Shown here piece by piece: positions 52,520 to 64,000 of a stretch of DNA of 64,000 bases. The stretch comes from Sphyrna mokarran. Lineage: Eukaryota. The notes below the pieces were generated by a model, which was given only the letters and a program-made list of their open reading frames with translations, did no database searches and had not been told where the DNA came from. The translations under genes were made by a program, and so were the position numbers. Every line of letters starts with the position of its first letter. Position 1 is the stretch's first letter. The stretch covers positions 124,124,001 through 124,188,000 of the forward strand of contig JAGIQG010000008.1 in the NCBI GenBank assembly GCA_024679065.1, read 5' to 3'.

Positions 52520-53965
52520 AAGCGGTTCCAGGATTTTGATCCAGTGACAGTGAAGGAATGATGATTTATTTCCCAGTTAGGATGATGAGCGACTTGAAGG
52601 TGATGTTCCCAGATATCTGCAGCTCTTGTCCATCTAGATGGCAGAGGTGGTGGGTTTGGAAGGTGCTGCCTGAGGAATCTTGATGAGTTGCTGCAGTGCA
52701 TCTTGTAGATGGTACACACGTCTGTCACTGTTCATTGGTGGTAGAAGGATTGAATGCTTGTGGATGACGTGCCAATCAAGTGGGGCTGCTTTGTCCTGGA
52801 CCGTGCCAAGCTTCTTGAGTCTTGTTGGAACTGCACTTATCCAGACATGGGAAGTATGCAGCACGGTGGCAGTGATTGGCTCTGCTGCCTCAAAGCTCCA
52901 GGGACCCTGGTTCAATTCCCAGCTTGGATTACTATCTGTGTAGTCTGCACATTCTCCCAGTGTCTATGTGGGTTTTCTCCAGGTGCTCCAGTTTCCTCCC
53001 ACAGTCCAAAAGACATGTTGGCTAGATGCATTAACTATGCTAAATTCTCCTTCAGTGTACCCAAACAGGTGCCGGAGTGTGGTGACTAGGGGATTTCATT
53101 GTAGTGTTCATGTAAGCCTGATGTGATGCTAATAAATAAATTTTAAATCTTTAAGTATTCCAACATACTCCTGATTTGTGCCTTGTAAATTGTGAACAGG
53201 CTTTGGGGAATCAGGAGGTGAGTTACTCTCTGCAGGATTCCTAGTTTTTGACCTGCTCTTGTAGCCACAGTATTTGTATGGTTAGTCCAGTTCAGGTTCT
53301 GGTCAATGGTAAACCCCAGGATGTTAATAGTAGGGAATTCAATGATAGGAATGCTCCCTAACACCCATTGATTCCAGTTTTGCTCGAGCTCCTTGATGCC
53401 ACACACAGTCAAATGCTGCCTTGAGGTCAAGGGCTTTCACTCTCACCTCACCTTTGTCCATGTTTGAACGAAGAATCATACAGCACAGAAGAGGCCCTTC
53501 GGCCCATCGGGTCTGCACGGACACATTAGAAATACTTGAATTCCCACCTAATCCCATCTGCCAGCACTTGGCCCTTAGCCCTGAATGTTACAATATGTCA
53601 AGTATTCATCCAGATGCTTTTAAATGTTGTGAAGCAACCCGTCTCTACCACCCTCCCAGGCACTGCATTCCAGACCATCACCACTCTCTGGATAAAATGT
53701 TTTTCCTCAAATCCCCTCAAACCTCCTGCCCCTCATGTTGAACCCATGTCTCCCTTGCAACTGAAGGGAACAGCTGCTCCTTATCCACTCTGTGTCTCTC
53801 ATAATCTTGTACATTTCAATCAGCTCGCCCCCTCAGTCTTCTCTGCTCCAACAGAAACAACCCAAGCCTATCCAAACTCTCTTTATAACTTAACTGTTCC
53901 ATCCCAGGCAGCACCCTGGGTGAATCTCCCCTGCATCCTCTCCAGTGCAATCACATCCTTCCGAT
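52520..53965 (-). mobile_element. Old LINE fragments with a nested plus-strand SINE (about 52857-53145) and a CR1 tail (about 53473-53965)
   Basis: ALDLKAAFDCVWH and ILGFTIDQNLNWTNH peptides. Confidence 0.7.
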
Positions 53966-54227
53966 AAAGCTGCTATGAGGTCAGGAGTTGAATGATCCTA
54001 GTGGAACTCAAACTGATTAAGCATTTTTTATAACTCATGAAATATTCAGGGTATACTGAATGTATTTAATTTTATAGTTAGCGAAGAAGCCCGATTTCAA
54101 TCCTGCATTATGTAGGATCACTCGTGTTGCCCATTCACTAGCCCAGCTTGTCCATCCCTGCAGTAAAAAGTGAGATAAAAGCAGCATTAAGTGAAATAGC
54201 TGCAAGCTATGTAAATGTACAAATGGG

Positions 54228-54516
54228 ATGGTACAGTGGCACAGTGATTAACCTCACAGTACCAAAGATCCAGCTTCAATTCCTGGCTTAGGTCATTGTC
54301 TTTATGGAGTCTGCACATTCTCCCTGCGTCAGCGTGGGTTTCCTCTGAGTATTCCAGGTCTCTTCCACAGTCCGCAAATAGGCGGATTGGCTACGCTAAA
54401 TTCTCCCTTAGTATACCTGAACAGGTGCCAGAATGTGGCGACTAGAGGATTTTCACAGTAACTTCATTGCAATGTTAATGAAAGCCTACTTGTGATACTA
54501 AATAAATAAACTTTAA
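54228..54516 (+). mobile_element. V-SINE-type SINE (aataaataaacttt tail)
   Basis: Head, core and alternative tail. Confidence 0.8.
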
Positions 54517-57413
54517 ATGAGGGTTCTCTGCTGGTGTAGGGACACCAACTGCAAAATCCAACAACAAGTGAATGGATGTCGTACACACTCGCTTTCTTTC
54601 TACTAGGTGTGTGCAGAATAACCCGACTTCTTAAACCGGCTTCTCAACTGGCCAAGGTCATTTGGAGTGTGTGTTCTGGGAATGGGATTGTTTATCCCAG
54701 AGTGACAGAAAAGCCCTGATCTGTTCAAACTTCCCTCCAGCCCCTCCTCCCCATCACCTCCCAATCCCAAACCCAAACTGTTGCTGCTCAGTTTAGAGTC
54801 CAGATGATTCTCTTGCTTCCTGCATCCAGTGAATTGCGCCAAGGTTCCCGTGTATTGTTTGTAACTCAATGGCACTTATAGGTGTCACAAATCTGAAATG
54901 ACCTGAAGAGCAGTTTAGCAGGATAATCATCCACAGGCTTCCAAAGATGTGTGGGTTAGCTTGATTGGCCACGGTAAATTGATCCTAGTGTCGGGAGACT
55001 AGGATAAATACATAGGGTTACAGGAATAGAGCCTGGATGAGATTGTGTTCAATGCATCTTTGATGGGCTGAATGGCCTTCTTCTGCATTGTAGGATTCTA
55101 TGACTTCACACCAGTTTTTGGTGGAAGTCAAATTTCTCAGCCAGAAGGTTATCAGCAGTTTTGTTAACAGGTAAATTCTAAGAGAATGGAATGAACATAA
55201 CCAAAAAACAGAAACATAGAAGATAGGATCAGGAGGAGACCATTTGGCCCTATGAGCCTGCTCCGCCATTTATTACCATCATGGCTGGTCATCCAACTCA
55301 ATAATCCTGCTTTCTCCCAAAACCTTTGATCCCATTTGCCCCAAAAAACACAGAAAACACGGTAAACTACAAATTATACACAACTAAATTCTTCAAAGTT
55401 AAATTGCAAATTTTTATTTTTTTAAAACGAACACAAAAGTAGACAATTGAAAGAAATGGAATTATCAAACTAATGTTTAACGCTAAAGGTTTAGTCTTTA
55501 AGTAAATAGAATCCATTAAATAGTGGTTGAAGCCATCGACATAGGAAATTAGTTTCAGCTTGCTTCATCAAGAGCACAAAGTTCTTTAATAACAAAATTC
55601 ACTTCAAAAATTCCTCAAAATGTAGATTCCAGTAAAAATTCGACATTACAATATAATAAGCATCAATGTAAAATAATTCTAAGTTGGAAACAATTCTGCA
55701 ACCCAGTTCAGTTCTATGTATGATCAATAAAAAGCCACTGATACATAAGAAGCATTTATTTTTGCAAAGTTAAAGATTAAATTTGCTATAAAATGCAAAC
55801 CTTCTCCGATCCATCTATTATTTAGATCTGGCTCCATACCCACAGCAATGTGATTGACTCTTAACTGCCTGTGAAATGGTTCAGCCAGCTACTCAATAAG
55901 GGGTAATTAGGGATGGGTAACAAATGCTGGCCTTGCCAGTGACACCCACTTCCCATGAAAGAATAAAGAAAAATCAAGCATTTGATTCCATCCTATGCTG
56001 GATAATATCGATCACAATTCAAATCTGTATGAATATAAATTTGACACGTCAGTAATTCTGATTTATTTTGCTTGTCAACAGACACAGCTTCAATCTATAT
56101 CATACTGCCTTCAAACATCCATCCCAATTTGGTTTTGTTACCTCAGGTAAACACAAAGGCAGCAGTAACTTTATACAAGTGATTTCCAATGGGTTTGATA
56201 TTGGACAAGGTAGTGTTCATTCATTGGAGCTTTAACACTCAACTCTGGACAAATCAAAACCAAGTACAACATTAACTGTCTGAGGCAGAATACATACGAT
56301 GCATTAGGCTACGTTTTTCCCAGTGTTCTAGCTAATTATCAGATCTTGGAATAATGTCAGGTCCAGTGACACTGCAACTTTTCATTTCATTTATTACTTT
56401 ATATTTCAAAGTTGGAAAACATATAACAGCCAAAGTTTTAAAAGCTCCTTTATCCATGAAGCTAATGGTATATTTATGTATATATAGATTTATATATAAA
56501 ACAAAACCTTTATTGTGTTTCTGTAGAAAAACTAAGAGAATGTCATCTCAGCTTCAGTAAGTAGAAGTGATGTCACCAAAATAAAAAGTATTCATTGATT
56601 TTGTTTTGAAAAGACAATGGCTCCAGGGTCCCAATGTCATAGATACAGTGAGTTACACTGAACACTTTATCATTCTCCTTTCATTCTAAAACAGGTAATC
56701 TTCTGAATTGAACAAGCAGACAATCCATTCGTAATTCTCAATAAATCAAACTAATTGATAACATGTGGGAGCAGAGTAACTTTTTCCAAATATCTTTTTT
56801 TAAAAAGCTATGAAATAGTACAGTAAGCATTGCTCCTGCTTAATCTCTAACCTAATTTTAAAAACATTTCAAAATAATTTTAAAATTAATCTTAAACACT
56901 GCTGCCGTATTTACCAAAATAAATCAATCATGCTGGATGGGAATTTAAAAACAGCAATGATTGAGTGATATGAACCCTCCAGAAGGAACATTGTCAACAT
57001 TCCCTTTCCACAGTAAAACCATCATTGCTGATTTGGAAAAGTCTAAATTCAGAAAATATGAACCATTATCTGGTAAAATTTCACCTTACTCAATGTTACT
57101 GTCTCACCCACTTTTCATTCACATTTAAGCACTGATATTGCTCCATTTTGTGAATATCCAACATGGTCCAAAAGTTATGGAAAGGTTCATGTGTGAACAC
57201 TTTTTATTCTGGCTGCAGTTGACATGTTTATCACTCAGTCTGTCCAACACTGCGCTGACTTTCCATAATACTGTTGGAACTCCTTCACCATGGTCAACAT
57301 TACATACCAGGTTTGGCCATGATAATCCCAACTACCCACATTGTATACAGACTGCTCACAGTCTGCTGCAGGTTAAAGATACTCAGAACCAATTCCAGCT
57401 CCAATAATTCAGC

Positions 57414-60400
57414 TTAAAGATCAAGAGAATCATCTTCAAGTATTGTATCATCTTCAAGTATTGTATTATTTTGTATTATTGTATTATCTTGGCTGATTAT
57501 TTCAGCTGGGGCAGATACACACCTTCGAAGCTTTAACGTATTGTGCACATCCATGAACCTCTGTAAATATTTTGAAGTGTACAGCCAATGATGCTTCAAA
57601 ATGTCTTCCAACTCATAGCTTTTGGACTGCCTCGCATTCATTTTCCTGAAGCGACGGAAAAGCTTGTTGCCTGATTCATTGCCTTCACTTGCCCACGCGC
57701 CTATGGAACCGTCTCTCTCAATGATCTCAGGAACATGAGCTAGGGTCTTGTGCAGATAGTTGGTGATTTTCCCTTCGTATCTGTGACTGAATTCTGTATG
57801 AAGCAGTTCTGCAAATCTCTGGGAATTAAAACTGTACTGACACAGAAGGTCTGGACATTCTACAGCAGGAAATGTGGAACGCCATACTGGTTTCATAAGT
57901 AGATAAAGGTGCATTAACTCTCTGAGAACCTCTCTCCTCTCTTCAGATGGAACCAGTTCACACACAGCTTCCACAGTTTCTTTTGTCATTAGTTTTCTCG
58001 CAAAGTTTCCATTCATCCTCATTATAGGTTTCAAATTCATCTTTTTCCTCAGGTGTTTATCCAGCATTAATTGCCACCTTTTCCTTTCCTCCTTTGGTGA
58101 ATTTGGATTTTTGTAAACTTCCCCAATCTCATCCTGGAAGATTCTGTAGAATTCTGTCGCATTTCCAATGTCACAATGCAAGGCATCTATGGAGGGTTGA
58201 GTTTCTATAAATGGTTTTGCTGAAACTCCTTTCACTCTATCACGTAACTCTTCAGCTGTCTCGTGATATGGGTTTGAACGCCAGATTTCATAGCGTTCCA
58301 AGTTCTCTGCATGGTTCCTTGTTATGGAATGAAGAACCATGTTCTTTGAAGCTTCACTTCGTGTGGAATCACACAATGTGCAGATATAGATGGAACCCGA
58401 GGCTTCAAGTCCTTCCACTTCCCGAACAAGCTTCTCATCGTATCCTGTACCTCGAAAGATAAACTGGAAAGATCGGTACAAATCTCCAATTTCAACAATT
58501 AATTCACTGGTCTTCATTGATTCTCTCTCAGCAATTACTGGCCCCAGTATTGCAGTCAATGTTTCATGGTCAGATTCATCAGCTAACATCAGGCAAAGCG
58601 GCCTGCAGCACAACTCAGAATTTGGTTTCAGCTCTTCAAACACCTTCACTTTTTCATTATCTTCATTCATCACACTTATACTCATGATTGTGAAGGAATA
58701 TCTCACTGCCTTTTCTGGAACTATGGGACCGCATCCATGTTTTTCACTCACATCCCCCATCCCATCACAAGATTCCTTGATTACAACCGTAAACGGTCCA
58801 CTCACAAACTCATCTACATTTTGGCTTCTTAACCCTTCCAAAATATCGTCCTCCATCTCCTTCACAGCTGAAGCAAGCGCTACATCATACCGAAACCGCC
58901 TTGATATGGTTTCCATTGGGTAATCATCAACACACTGAACCCAACCACAGAGACCATCTATTATCCCCACTTGTGTGTTTGTGGAGATGTTTGCGAGAGG
59001 AGGCTGCCATTCGAATGAATAATAACCTGGCAATAATGTTTTCTCTGCATGTCGGAGTGCGTGTAATGGCTGGAAGATCTGCTTCCCAGTAATAGCCTTG
59101 ACTGTCTTGTACATTTTATGATATTGACTGCAACTTAGAAATGTATTAATTCGAATAGCCAGGCAGACTGCTGGCTTCAACTCGGATCCTCGGCCCTGCA
59201 TGACTGCTTCCAACTCATCTGCTTGTCTGTGTTCATTCCCAGCTCGGAGAGCCAGCAACAACAGGGTGAGGCACACAGACTTCACATCACCACCTTCCTC
59301 TTTGTCTGCAAAAGTCTTCACCTGAAGTTTCAGATCTCGCAGGCGATGTTTTTGAGCTCTTCGGGTTAAAGAGAGCAAATGCTGCCTTGGTCGACCACCC
59401 TTGTTTACTGGTGAGTAAGCATGCTTCATTCTTCTTTCTTTGTGGTTTAGGGCATGGTTAGAATATTCACCTAGTTTCACTTCTTCTTCACAGTCTGTCA
59501 CTGGACATCTTAAAACCAGTGAATTCAGAACATTTAGAAATGATTTGACTGGGCTTCGGAACTCTTTGGGATCACAAGGAAACCTACAGACTGGACAATA
59601 TTTACCCAGGACTGTGATACATTTGAGAATACATGTTCTACAGAAAAGGTGCATGCACGGTGATTGCACAGGGTCGGCAAGTAAGTGCTCACAAACCTGA
59701 CAGGAAACTGACTGGATAAAATTATTGGGATAATCCAGTACAAGGAGTTTGGAAGTTAGATGGATTTTCTTGCAGTTGACAATCTTTTTCGCCAACATAA
59801 TACTTGTACTAATTTTTTGATCTTTTTTTTTAATGACTCCTGGTCTGATTGGAGTGTCAACTGTTATCTTGGCCTTTTTTGCGACTGGTGGACTTCGTTT
59901 GAGACCTTTTCGTTTGTGAGTCCCACTTGAAAAATTACAGATGCTGCAAAAGTTGGAATGTGGCTTCCACTCAACAACTGCACCAATCGGGAAGAAGGCA
60001 TCTTCATTTGTTGTGTTGTTGATAGTTTGAATAAGAACGCACCAGCAGTTGTAGCAGAAGTGTGTGGGACATCTCGCTTCTGTATCCATCTTGACATCAA
60101 TCCTAAAAGCATTAGCAATGAGCTCTGGCCAAAAACAGTCACCATAACCCATTTTTCTGAGCACCTCTTGAGTGACATCATCAACAGGGCCACTAACTGG
60201 ATATTTCATGTCATAACTGGTGATGTTAAAGGAAGCACCGCAGATACGACAAAGGTTTTGTAATTGTAATACATGTTCTTCCAAAGATTTTGCTTTCATT
60301 TGGCTAAAGTTATGAAACCTTTTTTTTGGTGGATTGACCGCTAAAGGTACATGTCCCAGAGATTTATCTTCCAAAGTCTTCTTGTCCAAAGGTAGTGTTT

Positions 60401-60593
60401 CTAAAGACATGGCTGCCACTGGTTTGCTTTGAGAGCTGGAGAATTGCCACGATTGACTGTGAGTTGGTGCAAGAATCTCTGTCTCATAAAGCTTTTCCTT
60501 TGAAACTGTGGCTTCCTTTTGGAAATTTTCGAGAGACGTTTCTACATGTCTGAAACAATCCGGCATCGTTTGCAGAGACCTCTCCATTTCCAT
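57414..60593 (-). CDS. RAG1: V(D)J recombination-activating protein 1 (1059 aa, single coding exon)
   Basis: RING finger (CQVCEH...CMHLFCRTC...CPVC), nonamer-binding [21 protein letters not shown], and catalytic triad KESCDGMG (Asp codon 58764-58766), GTGYDEK (58437-58439), GNESGNK (57675-57677). Acceptor tttatttcactgttag|GTACC starts the exon at 60606. Confidence 0.99.
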   Translation of the reverse strand: MEMERSLQTMPDCFRHVETSLENFQKEATVSKEKLYETEILAPTHSQSWQFSSSQSKPVAAMSLETLPLDKKTLEDKSLGHVPLAVNPPKKRFHNFSQMKAKSLEEHVLQLQNLCRICGASFNITSYDMKYPVSGPVDDVTQEVLRKMGYGDCFWPELIANAFRIDVKMDTEARCPTHFCYNCWCVLIQTINNTTNEDAFFPIGAVVEWKPHSNFCSICNFSSGTHKRKGLKRSPPVAKKAKITVDTPIRPGVIKKKDQKISTSIMLAKKIVNCKKIHLTSKLLVLDYPNNFIQSVSCQVCEHLLADPVQSPCMHLFCRTCILKCITVLGKYCPVCRFPCDPKEFRSPVKSFLNVLNSLVLRCPVTDCEEEVKLGEYSNHALNHKERRMKHAYSPVNKGGRPRQHLLSLTRRAQKHRLRDLKLQVKTFADKEEGGDVKSVCLTLLLLALRAGNEHRQADELEAVMQGRGSELKPAVCLAIRINTFLSCSQYHKMYKTVKAITGKQIFQPLHALRHAEKTLLPGYYSFEWQPPLANISTNTQVGIIDGLCGWVQCVDDYPMETISRRFRYDVALASAVKEMEDDILEGLRSQNVDEFVSGPFTVVIKESCDGMGDVSEKHGCGPIVPEKAVRYSFTIMSISVMNEDNEKVKVFEELKPNSELCCRPLCLMLADESDHETLTAILGPVIAERESMKTSELIVEIGDLYRSFQFIFRGTGYDEKLVREVEGLEASGSIYICTLCDSTRSEASKNMVLHSITRNHAENLERYEIWRSNPYHETAEELRDRVKGVSAKPFIETQPSIDALHCDIGNATEFYRIFQDEIGEVYKNPNSPKEERKRWQLMLDKHLRKKMNLKPIMRMNGNFARKLMTKETVEAVCELVPSEERREVLRELMHLYLLMKPVWRSTFPAVECPDLLCQYSFNSQRFAELLHTEFSHRYEGKITNYLHKTLAHVPEIIERDGSIGAWASEGNESGNKLFRRFRKMNARQSKSYELEDILKHHWLYTSKYLQRFMDVHNTLKLRRCVSAPAEIISQDNTIIQNNTILEDDTILEDDSLDL

Positions 60594-60826
60594 TAAACAT
60601 TGGTACCTAACAGTGAAATAAAGAGTGATAACTCATTAAAATGTGATGATGATTCAACAGCTTTGTGAATAACGTTGTTCGATATTCAATGTTAATGTAC
60701 TGCAGTCACATTCCACTCATTCATTATTCAAACAGTCCTGTTTTACAACATTAGAACTGGACTCAAACTGGGATTCTGATTCAGATCATCCAATATCAGC
60801 ATTAATATGCTGCTTATTTCATACCG

Positions 60827-61095
60827 AATCATAGAATCCCTACAGTGTAATAGTAGACCATTCAGCCCATCAAGTTTTGCACCAACCACAATCCAATCCA
60901 GGCTCCATCACCATAACCCCATGCATTTATCCCACTAATCTTCCCTCACTAAGGGGCAATTTAGCATGGCCAATACATCTAATCTACATGTTTTTGTAGT
61001 GTGGGAGGAAACCAGAATATCCAGAGAAAATTCATGCAGACACGGGAGAGAAAGTGTAAACACCACACAGACAGTGACCCAAGCCAGGAACTGAA
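60827..61095 (-). mobile_element. HE1/V-SINE-type SINE in the RAG1 intron
   Basis: Reverse complement of core and tail. Confidence 0.8.
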
Positions 61096-61377
61096 TCTGC
61101 TTAGAAAAGATCCTTATAAAAGACTAGATCTTAGGTGTAAGACAGCTAATCAACCCCACTCTTTTCCCAGTGAGTGGGTTAAATTAAAGTTATACCTTCT
61201 TTGAGGGTGACTCTGTATTAATTTTAACTAAGGGAGAAAAAAATAGAAAAATATTGCCAGTTAATAAGATTGTAATTGAAGATTCTCACAATTTCATAGG
61301 CAAAGTTCACATTTGCTTATTTATAAATATACAGAAATAGATACAAGAAAGGCAACAGATTGAACCAATTTGTATTT

Positions 61378-62775
61378 GGGCGGCACAGTAGTACAATGAT
61401 TAGCACTGCTGTCTCACAGTGCCAGGGACCTAGGTTCGATTCTCAGCTTGGGTCAATGTCTGTGTGGATTTGCACATTCTCCCCATGTCTGTGTGGGTTT
61501 CCTCCAGGTGCTCCGGTTTCCTCCCACAGTCCAAAAGACGTGCTATTTAGGTGCAGTAACCCAAACAAGCACTGGACTGTGGTGACTAGAGGAACTTCAC
61601 AGTAATGTCTTTACCCAGAGGGTGGTTCGGGAGTGGAATGCCCTGCCTGCTGCAGTTGTAGATGCACCAAGTTTGGTGGCGTTTAAGAGGTCAGTGGATA
61701 GGCTTATGGATGAAAAGGGAATGGTTTAGGTTAGAGGGTCATTGCTTTTTCTTAATTGGTCGGCACAATATCGAGGGCCGAAGGGCCTGTTCTGCACTGT
61801 AATGTTCTATGTTTAGATAGTGAAGAAGGGAGTTATTAGATAGTGAAGAGGGGTGTTATAGTTTGCAGAGAGACTTGGACAAGTTGCAGAGCTGGGCCGA
61901 AAGGTGGCAAATGGAGTTTAATGTGGAAAAGTGTGAGGTGATGCACTATGGCAGAAATAATAAATGTGTAGAGTATAGGGCTAATGGTAGGATTCTTAGT
62001 AGTCTTGATGAACAGAGGGATCTTGGCCTGTATGTGCATAGATTCCTGAAAGTAGGCAGTCAAGTCGAGAAGGTTGTTAAGAAGGCATATGGAGTCTTAG
62101 CTTTTATTGGTAGGGGGATTGAATTTCGGAGCCGCAAAGTCATGTTGCAACTGTACAAAACTCTAGTGCGGCCGCACTTGGAGTAGTGTGTGCAGTTCTG
62201 GTCCCCACATTATAAGAAAGATGTGGAGGCATTGGAGAGGGTACAGAGGAGGTTTACCAGGATGTTGCCTGGTATGGAGGGCAGTCTTATGAAGAGAGGC
62301 TGAGGGATTTGAGGTTGTTTTCGTTAGAAAGAAGGCGGCTAAGAGGAGACCTTATTGAAACATATAAGATGATTAGAGGTTTAGATAGGGTGGACAGTGA
62401 TAGCCTTTTTCCTAGGATGGAGAAAGCTTGCACGAGGGGACACAGCTTTAAATTAAGGGGTGATAGTTATAGGACGGATATCAGAGGTAGGTTCTTTACC
62501 CAAAGGGTGGTTCGGGAGTGGAATGCCCTGCCTGCAGCAGTTGTAGATGTGCCAAGTTTGGTGGCGTTTAAGAGGTTAGTTGATAAGTATATGGAAGAGA
62601 AGGGAATGGTTTAGTTTGGAGGGGTATTGCTTTTTATATTGGTCGGCACAACATCGAATGCCGAAGGGCCTGTTCTGTGCTGTAGTGTTCTATGTTCTAT
62701 GTTCTATGTCATTGCAGTGTTAATGTAAGCCTTACTTGAGACACTAATAAATAAACTTTAAACTTTAAAACTTTA
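61378..62775 (+). mobile_element. SINE (61378-61605 plus 62709-62775) split by two tandem young CR1 3' ends (about 61608-61812 and 61836-62708)
   Basis: The SINE tail cacagtaa...cattgcagtgttaatgtaagcc is split; two LINE tails are present. Confidence 0.88.
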
Positions 62776-63388
62776 TTTACCTTCACAAGAATAGATAGTT
62801 CCAATCAATTTCTTTATCTTAGAGCACAAATAGAATAGAATAGAAAGCTGAATTGGCTGCAATTACTTTACAGCAAGGCTGCTGCTATTACCCACTGGAC
62901 TTTTATCAATGTTGTCAGCATTCAGTTTCAATGATATCTTACATAAAAGAGGCTGTTGCTGATTTGAGTATTTAACAAAAGGCAGAAAACCAAAAGTTTG
63001 TGGAAATAAATCTTAAATTATCACAAAATTATCAACTGGCAGCTCTTGCGTTAGGGTAACTCAAATCTGGAAGAATCTCATTAACCCCAAGATTTTTTCA
63101 CGATGAAACTTCTCATTGAGTAATAACACATTTTATTTCTGTAATCCTCACATTCTGATCTCTATCCCATGCCTACACTAGTTTTAACTTGTCTGAAATG
63201 TATGAATTTTTCAATGTGATAATAGACATATATAAACACTCTAATTGAATAGCAGAGCAGACTCGATGGGCCGAATGGCTTACTTCTGTTCTTGTGTTTT
63301 ATGATCTTACACTCGAGAAAATATTGTTTAAGATGAAGAAGAATCATCGATAAAATTATATGTTAACCAGAAAGAGTAAGGCTTGAGT

Positions 63389-63990
63389 TAGAACATAGAA
63401 CATAGAACATAGAACAATACAGCACAAACAGGCCCTTCAGCCCACGAGTTGCGCCGATCACATCTACCAATCCACAGACCTATCTGTAAGCCCCTATCCT
63501 ATTCTTTTCCATATACTCGTCCAGAAGTCTCTTAAAAGACCCCAGTGAGTTTGCCTCTACCGCCTCTGACGGCAGTAGGTTCCATTCACTCACCACCCTC
63601 TGAGTGAAAAACCTACCCCTGACATCTCCTTTGTATTTGCTTCCCTGCACCTTAAATCTGTTCCTCTCGTAGTGACCATTTCAGCTCGGGGAAATAGTCT
63701 CTGAGAGTCCACCCTATCTATTCCTCTCAACATTTTATAAACCTCTATCAGGTCGCCTCTCAACCTACGCCTCTCCAGTGAGAAGAGTCCCAGCTCCCTC
63801 AACCTATCTTCATAAGGCCTGCCTCCCAATCCAGGCAGCATCCTTGTAAATCTCCTCTGAACTCTCTCAATAGCCTCTACATCCTTCCTATAATGAGGCG
63901 ACCAGAACTGCGCACAATACTCCAAGTGGGGTCTGACAAGAGCCTTATAGAGCTGCATCTTTACCTCCTGAGCTGCATCATTACCTCCTG
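63389..63990 (-). mobile_element. Young CR1 LINE 3' end (same subfamily as 50918-52256)
   Basis: ORF 63590-63958 is nearly identical in peptide to the C-terminal part of ORF 51003-52253. Confidence 0.92.
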
Positions 63991-64000
63991 ATACACAAAA

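Noticed and set aside
58211-60263. Antisense or alternative-frame ORFs within RAG1 (also 45851-47203 within RAG2)
   Set aside because: Expected shadows of real coding sequence, with no motifs or independent signals.

Overview
Vertebrate genomic DNA. The RAG proteins and the repeat content (CR1/HER1-type LINEs, HE1/V-SINE-type SINEs, Penelope-like elements) point to a cartilaginous fish, most likely a shark. The window holds the V(D)J recombinase locus: RAG2 (+, 45596-47155) and RAG1 (-, 57414-60593), each with an intronless CDS, arranged tail-to-tail about 10.3 kb apart. A third gene that the ORF track misses as a gene is IFTAP (NWC/C11orf74) on the minus strand. It has a CpG-rich promoter and non-coding first exon near 37.8 kb (two divergent ZNF143 motifs, a GC box, an RFX X-box) and three phase-compatible coding exons at 15395-15542, 12208-12347 and 7499-7565; later exons were not found and probably lie left of the window. 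Much of the remaining sequence is 5'-truncated, often nested retroelements. The core system is known, not new. The most unusual items are: (1) a 24-unit LINE-derived minisatellite between RAG2 and RAG1 in which every unit carries a RUNX core and an RSS-heptamer-like word; (2) inverted young LINE copies enclosing the IFTAP promoter; (3) a CR1 subfamily with a V-SINE core in its 3' UTR; (4) Penelope-derived palindromes with hammerhead-like cores; (5) unusual RAG1 and RAG2 C-terminal tails. Repeat boundaries were read by eye and are approximate.
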